This document shows positions 10,245 to 17,600 of a DNA stretch of 64,000 bases, one piece after another (the stretch's first letter is position 1; every line of letters starts with the position of its first letter). The stretch is taken from positions 310,001 to 374,000 of the IMG/VR virus record IMGVR_UViG_3300028558_000016; one strand, 5' to 3'. Both the position numbers and the translations under genes were made by a program. Below the pieces are notes generated by a model, which saw only the letters and a program-made list of their open reading frames with translations, ran no database searches and was not told the DNA's origin.

Positions 10245-10406
10245 TGATCATAGTTAAATGGCTTTATGCAATATATGTGTAGCTGTTCTACCTTCATCAG
10301 ATGCAAGGACAAAAATTTAGGTGCGGTTATCTCCTTGCTAAACTATCGCATAGGTCAGGATTGCATTGAGAAATGCAATTGTATGGACAGACTTTAGGTA
10401 TGATCA
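10245..10406 (+). ncRNA. Candidate structured ncRNA
   Basis: Terminal stem TGATCATA/TATGATCA, several internal helices, GAGA-tetraloop hairpin, no ORF, own promoter box. Confidence 0.55.
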
Positions 10407-10448
10407 TAATTTTAGAAACAAAAAAGGTATATAAGAATATAACAAGTC

Positions 10449-10520
10449 ATGAAAACAACATTGTCATTAAGTCTAAGTTTGTCGCTATCCTTATCAGGAT
10501 GGACTAACCGGGCTATGTGA
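10449..10520 (+). CDS. Leu/Ser-rich attenuator leader peptide MKTTLSLSLSLSLSLSGWTNRAM
   Basis: 12 alternating Leu/Ser codons using 7 different codons, followed by a terminator and a Leu/Ser tRNA array. Confidence 0.85.
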   Translation: MKTTLSLSLSLSLSLSGWTNRAM

Positions 10521-10549
10521 TAATTTCTGACTAATAAGAAATTTGAATG

Positions 10550-10580
10550 AACCCGGTGGAAACATCGGGTTTTTTATTTT
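10550..10580 (+). terminator. Attenuator terminator
   Basis: AACCCGGTG-GAAA-CATCGGGTT + T tract; 5' arm CCCGGT also complementary to ACCGGG (10507-10512) in the leader. Confidence 0.85.
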
Positions 10581-10588
10581 ATACACAT

Positions 10589-10671
10589 GCCCATGTGGCG
10601 GAATTGGTAGACGCGCCGGTCTTAGGAACCGGTGCCTTTAAGGCGTGCAGGTTCGAGTCCTGTCATGGGTA
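10589..10671 (+). tRNA. tRNA-Leu(TAG)
   Basis: Cloverleaf, anticodon arm CCGGT-CTTAGGA-ACCGG, long variable arm. Confidence 0.95.
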
Positions 10672-10752
10672 CAACGTGGTGAAAGTACATTCAGACTGTA
10701 CCATCAGATTTTAGCTACTGATGAAGCATTTGTGGTGATGCTGCTGCGAATT

Positions 10753-10839
10753 GGTGAGATGTCCGAGTGGTTTAAGGAGCAACCCTGGAAAGGTTGTATA
10801 CGGGAAACCGTATCGTGGGTTCGAATCCCACTCTCACCG
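10753..10839 (+). tRNA. tRNA-Ser(GGA)
   Basis: CAACC-CTGGAAA-GGTTG, long variable arm, G73. Confidence 0.95.
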
Positions 10840-10849
10840 CAAATAAAAT

Positions 10850-10934
10850 GGAAGGTTGGTAGAGCGGTCTATTGCACCAGTCTTGAAAACTGGAGATCCT
10901 ACGGGGTCCGTGAGTTCGAATCTCACACCTTCCG
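10850..10934 (+). tRNA. tRNA-Ser(TGA)
   Basis: CCAGT-CTTGAAA-ACTGG, long variable arm, G73. Confidence 0.95.
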
Positions 10935-10939
10935 CAATT

Positions 10940-11027
10940 GGAGAGCTACTCAAGTTGGTTAAGAGGCGCGTTTGCTAAACGTGTAGGACGAGAAATCGTT
11001 GGGTGGGTTCGAACCCCACGCTCTCCG
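10940..11027 (+). tRNA. tRNA-Ser(GCT)
   Basis: CGCGT-TTGCTAA-ACGTG, long variable arm. Confidence 0.95.
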
Positions 11028-11038
11028 CAGAAAATTCT

Positions 11039-11121
11039 GCCCCCATGGTGGAATTGGTAGACACGCAGGACTTAAAATCCTGTGCCCTTAGGGCGTACGA
11101 GTTCGAGTCTCGTTGGGGGTA
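11039..11121 (+). tRNA. tRNA-Leu(TAA)
   Basis: CAGGA-CTTAAAA-TCCTG. Confidence 0.95.
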
Positions 11122-11128
11122 CATAAAT

Positions 11129-11210
11129 GCCGAGTTGGCGGAATTGGTAGACGCGCTGGTCTCAAACACCAGTGACGAAAGTCGTGTGGGTTCGAGTCCC
11201 ACACTCGGTA
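11129..11210 (+). tRNA. tRNA-Leu(CAA)
   Basis: CTGGT-CTCAAAC-ACCAG. Confidence 0.95.
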
Positions 11211-11226
11211 CAAGAAGAAGAATAAA

Positions 11227-12690
11227 ATGGAAAATGATAAAAAATATTGCTTGGTGATGTTTCCTTATCCGTCTGGAGATGGATTGCACATTGGACATTG
11301 CTACAACTACTTGATAGTTGATAGCTATTGTCGTTGGATGAAGAGAAAAGGAATTGAAGTGTTTCAACCATTTGGTTATGACGCTTTCGGTTTGCCTGCG
11401 GAGAATTATGCGATCAAGCATAACAGAGATCCAAAAGAAGTCACCTATGAAAACATAGAAAATTTCAGAAGGCAGATGAAGAGATTGGATACTAATTATG
11501 AAGAGAAGTTAATTACAGCTGATCCATCTTATTTCAAATGGACACAATGGTTGTTCACAAAGATGTTGGAGAAGGGAATTGCTTACAAGAAATTTCATCC
11601 AGTAAACTTTTGTCCATCTTGCGCAACAGTGATTGCCAATGAGCAGGTGAAGGAAGGAAAATGTGAGAGATGCAATTCAGTTGTTGAGATGAAAAACTTG
11701 AATCAATGGTTCTTCAGAATAACAGACTACACAGATAGGTTGATCAAGAACTTGCAATGGTTGGATTATCCCGAGAAAACCAAGAAGCAACAATTACATT
11801 GGTTGGAGAAGATGAAAGAAAACAAGATCGATTGGTGTGTGTCAAGACAGAGAAAATGGGGATGTCCAATTCCTGTTGAAGGAGAGGAAGATACTTTGGA
11901 CACATTTGTTGACAGCTCATTTTACTACTTGAGATTCTTGACGGATTCTGAAGATGAATTCTTGCCAAGAGAAAAATATAAGCAGGTTGATTTGTACGTC
12001 GGAGGAAATGAACATGCTTGCATGCATTTGATTTATGCAAGATTTGTGAACATGTTCTTGTATGACTTGGGAATTGTTGAACAAGAAGAACCGTTCAAGA
12101 AGTTGATTCATCAGGGAATGATCAAGATGAATGGAACAAAGATGTCCAAGTCTATCGGCAATGTTGTTAATCCGGATGGGTATGATCCAGATGAATTGAG
12201 ATTTTACTTGATGTTCATTGGACATTATTTTGATGGCGGAGATTGGAACGATCAAAACATTGTTGGCATAAGAAAATTCTTTGCACGATGGGATAAGCTT
12301 ACTTTTAGAGAAGCAAAGGAAGGAATTGAATCTATGGATTTGACTGAATTTGAAAACCAGATCGATGGTTATGTGAAAGCTTTCAAGTTCAATAAGGTTG
12401 TTAGTTCATTCATGGAATTTTACAACAATAATAGCAGCAGAAACTTTGACAAGGAAACCAGATTGAAGTTGAGAAGAATGTTGGAGTGTTTTGCGCCAAC
12501 AAGATTTTCTAAAGATGAAAGGCCTCCAGTTGGCATGGATGAATTAAGAAGAAAATCCAATGAGTTGTCTGAGAACGTAAACAAGATTGAAGTAATGGTT
12601 AATAAAATTTTTAAAGATGTTGAACAAAAAGAAAATATCACCGGAATATCCGAGAATACCTCACTTGATGGGGAAGTCAAATCTGTATGA
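11227..12690 (+). CDS. leuS: Minimal leucyl-tRNA synthetase (no CP1 editing domain)
   Basis: MFPYPSG-LHIGH, GYDAFGLPAEN, DWCVSRQRKWG, DTFVDSS, GGNEHA, KMSKS; only 487 aa. Confidence 0.9.
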   Translation: MENDKKYCLVMFPYPSGDGLHIGHCYNYLIVDSYCRWMKRKGIEVFQPFGYDAFGLPAENYAIKHNRDPKEVTYENIENFRRQMKRLDTNYEEKLITADPSYFKWTQWLFTKMLEKGIAYKKFHPVNFCPSCATVIANEQVKEGKCERCNSVVEMKNLNQWFFRITDYTDRLIKNLQWLDYPEKTKKQQLHWLEKMKENKIDWCVSRQRKWGCPIPVEGEEDTLDTFVDSSFYYLRFLTDSEDEFLPREKYKQVDLYVGGNEHACMHLIYARFVNMFLYDLGIVEQEEPFKKLIHQGMIKMNGTKMSKSIGNVVNPDGYDPDELRFYLMFIGHYFDGGDWNDQNIVGIRKFFARWDKLTFREAKEGIESMDLTEFENQIDGYVKAFKFNKVVSSFMEFYNNNSSRNFDKETRLKLRRMLECFAPTRFSKDERPPVGMDELRRKSNELSENVNKIEVMVNKIFKDVEQKENITGISENTSLDGEVKSV

Positions 12691-13321
12691 CGATGACATT
12701 GAGATCAATGTTGAGTTAGGGTTTGATGCCTTTGTACAAGAGAAGGTTGATGGAGCAAACTGTGGAATCAGTTGGTTCGATGGACCCATTCTCAGAAACA
12801 GAACCCATGTGTTAAGAAAGGGATTTGAAAGAGACACTCCAGCAAAGAAACAATTTGTTCCAGCTTGGAATTGGTTGCATGAAAGAGAAGATGACTTGAA
12901 GGAGATGATGAAGAAGTGGAATGGACAGATAACTGTTTATGGAGAGTGGATGCTTGCAAAACATTCTATTGGATATGAGAAGCTTCCAGATTATTTTCTT
13001 GCTTATGACATTTGGTCGTGTGAAGAAAACAAGTTTGTTTCTCCGAAGGAATGCAAGGAACTTTTGAATGGGACTGGCATAAGATGGATCGAAGCAGAAA
13101 GAATAAGCATTCAATCGTTCTCTGATTTGAAGTCAGTTCTTGATGTTCCCTCTAAGTACAGAGATGGAATTAAAGAAGGAATAGTTATCAAGAAAACTGA
13201 CGAAGACGATAAGTGGATAGAGAAGACTTTCAAGGTTGTTAGAAAAGATTTTGAAAGGGCTGATGAAAGCTGGAATAAGAAAAAGCTTGAAAAGAATAAG
13301 CTGATAAAGAGGAGTGCCTGA
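12617..13321 (+). CDS. RNA ligase (ATP-dependent nucleotidyltransferase)
   Basis: YPRIPHL, QEKVDGAN (motif I), YGEW, FLAYDI, EGIVIK. Confidence 0.85.
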   Translation: MLNKKKISPEYPRIPHLMGKSNLYDDDIEINVELGFDAFVQEKVDGANCGISWFDGPILRNRTHVLRKGFERDTPAKKQFVPAWNWLHEREDDLKEMMKKWNGQITVYGEWMLAKHSIGYEKLPDYFLAYDIWSCEENKFVSPKECKELLNGTGIRWIEAERISIQSFSDLKSVLDVPSKYRDGIKEGIVIKKTDEDDKWIEKTFKVVRKDFERADESWNKKKLEKNKLIKRSA

Positions 13322-13393
13322 GTGGCTGAAAGGACCGGTCTCGAAAACCGGCACACCCAAAAGGTGTCGTGAGTTCGAATCTCACCTCCTCTG
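13308..13393 (+). tRNA. tRNA-Ser(CGA)
   Basis: CCGGT-CTCGAAA-ACCGG; overlaps the end of the RNA ligase ORF. Confidence 0.93.
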
Positions 13394-13432
13394 CATTTTT
13401 TAATTTGATGATTTTTTTGTAAATTCACTATC

Positions 13433-13738
13433 ATGAATGATGAAGATAAAAAAATAAAGGGATCATTGTTTTTCTTGTACATCGGCAAGCTTAAAGAATT
13501 GGGTTTGATAGAAGGTGGCGCAGGAGATTTGACCATGAAAGGTTTTGACATTGCCATTGATGCCTATAACAGTGGACATAGATTGTCAGATGAGGAGATT
13601 AGTAATTTTCTCGAAGCCGCTCCTGGAATGGACGATGACGACACAATAGAGGCAGCATTTGGAATGATAGCCAAGATGCAAGAAATTGGATTTGATGGAA
13701 TGAAAGAATTGGTTGAACGAGTAAAGAAAACATTATGA
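13433..13738 (+). CDS. Hypothetical protein
   Basis: ORF. Confidence 0.6.
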   Translation: MNDEDKKIKGSLFFLYIGKLKELGLIEGGAGDLTMKGFDIAIDAYNSGHRLSDEEISNFLEAAPGMDDDDTIEAAFGMIAKMQEIGFDGMKELVERVKKTL

Positions 13739-14445
13739 AAAAGAAATTAGTGGTGTTTAGCGGTGCAGGAGTTTCTGCTGAGAGCGGAATTCCTACATTC
13801 AGAGATTCAAATGGTCTTTGGGAAAACCATAAGATGGAAGATGTTGCTACTCCAGAAGGATGGGAGAAAAACAGAGAGCTTGTTCTCAACTTCTACAATC
13901 TTATGAGAACGAAACTCAAAGCAGTTGTTCCGAATAAAGCTCACAATATAATTGCAGAGCTTGAAGAACATTTTGAAGTTACAGTCATCACACAAAACAT
14001 AGATGACTTGCATGAGAGAAGCGGCTCAAAGAAGGTCATACATCTTCATGGAGAATTAATGAAGAGCAGAAGCACATTTAATCCAAATCTAAAATACGAG
14101 TGTACTGGAAATATAAACATAGGTGACAAATGTGAGAAAGGTTCTCAATTGAGGCCTGACATAGTTTGGTTTCATGAAAATGTTTATCACCTTGACACTG
14201 CGGCTGAATTGGTAGAACAGTGCGATATTCTTCTTGTTGTTGGAACTTCATTAAATGTTTGGCCTGCAGCAGGATTGTTATATGTGACGAAACCGGAAAC
14301 TGAAATATATTGCATTGATCCAAAAACAGTTGTTGGAAGTGATATTCAAGTTACTCACATAAAGAAGAAAGCGAGTGAAGGGATGGAGAAATTTAAAAAG
14401 ATTATTCTCGAGAAAAAAGATAAGAAAGAAAATTGCTGTTTATAA
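13735..14445 (+). CDS. cobB: Sir2/CobB NAD-dependent deacylase
   Basis: GAGVSAESGIPTFR, TQNIDDLHE, HLHG, LRPDIVWF, VGTS. Confidence 0.95.
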   Translation: MKKKLVVFSGAGVSAESGIPTFRDSNGLWENHKMEDVATPEGWEKNRELVLNFYNLMRTKLKAVVPNKAHNIIAELEEHFEVTVITQNIDDLHERSGSKKVIHLHGELMKSRSTFNPNLKYECTGNINIGDKCEKGSQLRPDIVWFHENVYHLDTAAELVEQCDILLVVGTSLNVWPAAGLLYVTKPETEIYCIDPKTVVGSDIQVTHIKKKASEGMEKFKKIILEKKDKKENCCL

Positions 14446-14449
14446 TAAT

Positions 14450-14531
14450 GCCCAGGTGTTGGAATTGGTAGACAAGCACGGTTGAGGGCCGTGTGCAGTA
14501 ATGCGTAGGGGTTCGAGTCCCCTTCTGGGTA
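14450..14531 (+). tRNA. tRNA-Leu(GAG)
   Basis: CACGG-TTGAGGG-CCGTG. Confidence 0.95.
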
Positions 14532-14532
14532 C

Positions 14533-14745
14533 ATGGAATTAATAGGAAAAAAATTCACAAGAAAAGATAGAACCTTCGTAGAAGATTTGCTCAAGAGCAC
14601 AACAGTGTACACCATAGAAGAATCAAAAAAGAAAGGTGTTTTAGTTGTTAGATGGGATAAGGACGGAGAGTCGGCTCATACAACATGCTCAATAAAAGAA
14701 GCTGAAAAAAACGTGAAGAAGGGAAAATGGGTTTTACAGCCATGA
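14533..14745 (+). CDS. Hypothetical protein
   Basis: ORF. Confidence 0.55.
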   Translation: MELIGKKFTRKDRTFVEDLLKSTTVYTIEESKKKGVLVVRWDKDGESAHTTCSIKEAEKNVKKGKWVLQP

Positions 14746-14924
14746 TTTCGATGGAACCTAAAAATATCTATATTAAGGATAAGAAAGATTTCAGGAGAGT
14801 TGAACACCTTCTTAATGGAAGAGTGTTCTGGAGAGAGAAGAAAGATGACATTAGTAAAGTAGAAATAAAAATAGCATTTCCAAGTAAATACACGAGAAAT
14901 ATTGTTAAATCTTTAAAAGACTAA
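14742..14924 (+). CDS. Hypothetical protein
   Basis: ORF with ATGA overlap. Confidence 0.5.
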   Translation: MISMEPKNIYIKDKKDFRRVEHLLNGRVFWREKKDDISKVEIKIAFPSKYTRNIVKSLKD

Positions 14925-14925
14925 A

Positions 14926-15381
14926 ATGGCAAAGATCAGCGAGGAAGATAAAATAGAATTAGAAGAATACACAAGGCTTAGAGATTTTCATCTCTCTGAA
15001 TATAAAAGATACAAAGGTTTATTGGAAAATAAAAGGACAAGCACGAAGGTTGTCTATAATCCAACCACCGATGCAGCAAAAGTTTATTGGAAAGAAAAGA
15101 AAAAGATGGACTGTGATGCAGTCTATTCGATCTTGATTAATAAGAAGGAAGAAATAGGAACCGGAGAGCTCTGTGATGTTTTAAACACAAAAATGGAATA
15201 CATCAACAACAAATATGATTCCATGACTTTCGCTGGAATTCTTGGTAAGCATTTAAAGGAGGATGATAGGATATATTGTTATATGGGGCAAGTTAATGGA
15301 AGAAGATCCACTATATGGGGATTGAATGAATGGAAGAAAACAAATCCATCTGTGATATTAAAATTCAAAAAACCAAAATGA
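14926..15381 (+). CDS. Hypothetical protein (possible C-terminal winged helix)
   Basis: ORF; ..WGLNEW terminal pattern. Confidence 0.55.
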   Translation: MAKISEEDKIELEEYTRLRDFHLSEYKRYKGLLENKRTSTKVVYNPTTDAAKVYWKEKKKMDCDAVYSILINKKEEIGTGELCDVLNTKMEYINNKYDSMTFAGILGKHLKEDDRIYCYMGQVNGRRSTIWGLNEWKKTNPSVILKFKKPK

Positions 15382-15397
15382 CCATGATATATAAATC

Positions 15398-15778
15398 ATG
15401 GATTATATTTTCACAATAACAGAAACTGACGAAGATAACGTAGATTCTTCATTCGCAGCTCTTCATGGAAGACTTGAACACTGGTTCAACCTCACTCAGA
15501 AAACCTATACAACTTACAGAATAGCAGATAATGTTCCAACTGTAACAACCGTTCTCGTATGGGAAGAAAACATCGCAAAGATTTACTACTATAAAAACCT
15601 TGAGATAAACAGACTTGAGCGACAGCTTCTGTTAGAAAAAACAAGGATGCATGAGATAAATTATTTTAAGGCTTACATGAGAATAGGTGCTGATGAAACC
15701 AATGCCACGATAGAGGCACAAATGGCACAGACCAACGCTGATCTAACATATCTGAAAAATTACAATCCTAATTTATGA
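15398..15778 (+). CDS. Hypothetical protein
   Basis: ORF after an ATATATAA motif. Confidence 0.6.
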   Translation: MDYIFTITETDEDNVDSSFAALHGRLEHWFNLTQKTYTTYRIADNVPTVTTVLVWEENIAKIYYYKNLEINRLERQLLLEKTRMHEINYFKAYMRIGADETNATIEAQMAQTNADLTYLKNYNPNL

Positions 15779-15933
15779 CGCACGACGAAGATTGCCCTAA
15801 TTGTGGTGAGCTTGTTGAAGTAGAGATTTGGGAAGAGGGAGAATGCCCGAGATGTTCTTCCCGCTATTGGTGGGAAGAAATATTTGATGAAGATGATTAC
15901 GAGACAACAGATCCTATTTTAGTTTGGGAATAA
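15775..15933 (+). CDS. Small Zn-ribbon protein (52 aa, not in ORF track)
   Basis: MTHDEDCPNCG...ECPRC; ATGA overlap. Confidence 0.6.
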   Translation: MTHDEDCPNCGELVEVEIWEEGECPRCSSRYWWEEIFDEDDYETTDPILVWE

Positions 15934-15978
15934 TATTGATTTTTTTTACTATATTAGCTAATAATCAACTGAAAACCC

Positions 15979-16461
15979 ATGGAGCGTAATTACGTGTTAT
16001 TCATATTCAATAATTCTAAGGATGAATTCCTTAAGGAACCAAAAGAACTTAAAATACTACAGCAAGTAACGGTAGGAGATATTAGAGGAGCAAGCTGTGG
16101 TCCAATCAACATGTGTTTCTTTCCAAGTGAACACAGCAAAGAAGAAATTTCCGATTTGTTAGTAAAAGATGGAATTCATTTTCTTCTTGTGGATGATCAA
16201 GATTCTGAACATTCATACCCAAAACACATTCGTAGCATGTTATCCGGAAAAATGGATCACACCGCTGTCAGAAAGATAGAAATAGGTGGTGGAATGGAAA
16301 TTACTGAACCAAAGAAATTATCATTGGAAGATCAACTCAAAGAAGCTTTAAAAGAAGACGATTTTGAGTTGGCCGCAGTATTACGTGACAAAATAGCCAA
16401 AGCAAAATCCCCAGAACCTAAGACAGGAAAGGGCTCAACCCTAAGGCAACTTTTTGATTAA
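15979..16461 (+). CDS. Protein with C-terminal UvrB/UvrC motif
   Basis: LEDQLKEALKEDDFELAAVLRDKI. Confidence 0.7.
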   Translation: MERNYVLFIFNNSKDEFLKEPKELKILQQVTVGDIRGASCGPINMCFFPSEHSKEEISDLLVKDGIHFLLVDDQDSEHSYPKHIRSMLSGKMDHTAVRKIEIGGGMEITEPKKLSLEDQLKEALKEDDFELAAVLRDKIAKAKSPEPKTGKGSTLRQLFD

Positions 16462-16503
16462 AATCTTTTTAATTTTAATTGATTTTTAGTATATTTGTTC
16501 TCT

Positions 16504-17238
16504 GTGATAGAGATAAAATGTATATTAAAATACGATCCTGTTCCATTATCTGGAAAAGCAGAAACCATGTGCAAACCTTGGTGGATGATCGCAACATGCG
16601 AAGGAGATCTCACTGAATATTATGCATGGCTTCTTAAAAAACGAACAGGATTAATTCTCCAACGCCCTGCATGGGGCGCACATATCTCAGTCATAAGAGG
16701 AGAAGAACCACCCAACAAAGAATTATGGAAAAAATACCAGGACAAAGAAGTCACTTTGCTCTATGATCCAAACGTCAGAACAAATGGAGATCATTGGTGG
16801 ATGAGAGTCCATTGCAACGAACTTCTTGACATAAGAGAAGAATTAGGTCTTCCAAGATTTGGAGCATTAACTTTACACCTCACGTTAGGAAGACCAATCC
16901 CAAGACACGAAGAAGCATCAGATTATTTCCATACAGTTTTTAAATCATTCGCTCCATCGGCGCCAATAAGACCATACATGACACAAGAAGAAGCTTTAAA
17001 GAATTTGTCTTTGCCTCCAATGGAAGTAAAGCATAAAGAATTAAAAACACCTGAACATTCAGACTCTATGTTCAGAAAGGAATGTCCAAACTGTGAGACT
17101 GGATTATTGATGATGAAAAGAAATCAGTCAACGCTCGCTCTTGAAAAAGATGATAATTGCACTTATTGTGGAAGACGATTCACTTACACTGACATAAAAG
17201 AAAACTCAGTAATATTAGAATATAATGAAAAAGCTTGA
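16504..17238 (+). CDS. 2H-phosphoesterase-like protein with C-terminal Zn ribbon
   Basis: HISV and HLTL motifs; CPNC..CTYC; probable GTG start. Confidence 0.55.
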   Translation: MIEIKCILKYDPVPLSGKAETMCKPWWMIATCEGDLTEYYAWLLKKRTGLILQRPAWGAHISVIRGEEPPNKELWKKYQDKEVTLLYDPNVRTNGDHWWMRVHCNELLDIREELGLPRFGALTLHLTLGRPIPRHEEASDYFHTVFKSFAPSAPIRPYMTQEEALKNLSLPPMEVKHKELKTPEHSDSMFRKECPNCETGLLMMKRNQSTLALEKDDNCTYCGRRFTYTDIKENSVILEYNEKA

Positions 17239-17599
17239 AACAAAAGATATAGAAAAAAATGGTGTAGCAGTGGAAAATTACGAAGGGGTATTATCTTACA
17301 TCTGTGAAGACGTTAATCGTAGTATAAGACTTACTACTTTCCTCAAAGACGAACTATCATCCATTTTTGGTACACACAACACAAAATACAAAGGTGACGA
17401 GTATAATTTTCACGTATGGATAATTGAGTTCGAACAAGAAATATTTCAGATTTTCACAGCTAATGGTAAAGGAACTTGTTTCTCTATTGTGGATCCAACA
17501 TTCTCGTTCGATGATGATGGACAACCGGACGGTAAATCTGACGTATGTTTAAGATTCCTAAAAGACATGGACATGAAACTTCAAAAGCTAATAAAATGA
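17225..17599 (+). CDS. Hypothetical protein
   Basis: ORF. Confidence 0.6.
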   Translation: MKKLETKDIEKNGVAVENYEGVLSYICEDVNRSIRLTTFLKDELSSIFGTHNTKYKGDEYNFHVWIIEFEQEIFQIFTANGKGTCFSIVDPTFSFDDDGQPDGKSDVCLRFLKDMDMKLQKLIK

Positions 17600-17600
17600 A

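Noticed and set aside
10675-10748. Hammerhead ribozyme (contains GAAA and CTGATGA)
   Set aside because: No UH cleavage triplet after the putative stem III, and CTGATG is itself paired with CATCAG
10645-11421. ORF-track entries 10645-10962, 11003-11257 and 10975-11421
   Set aside because: They overlap clear tRNA genes and are spurious translations
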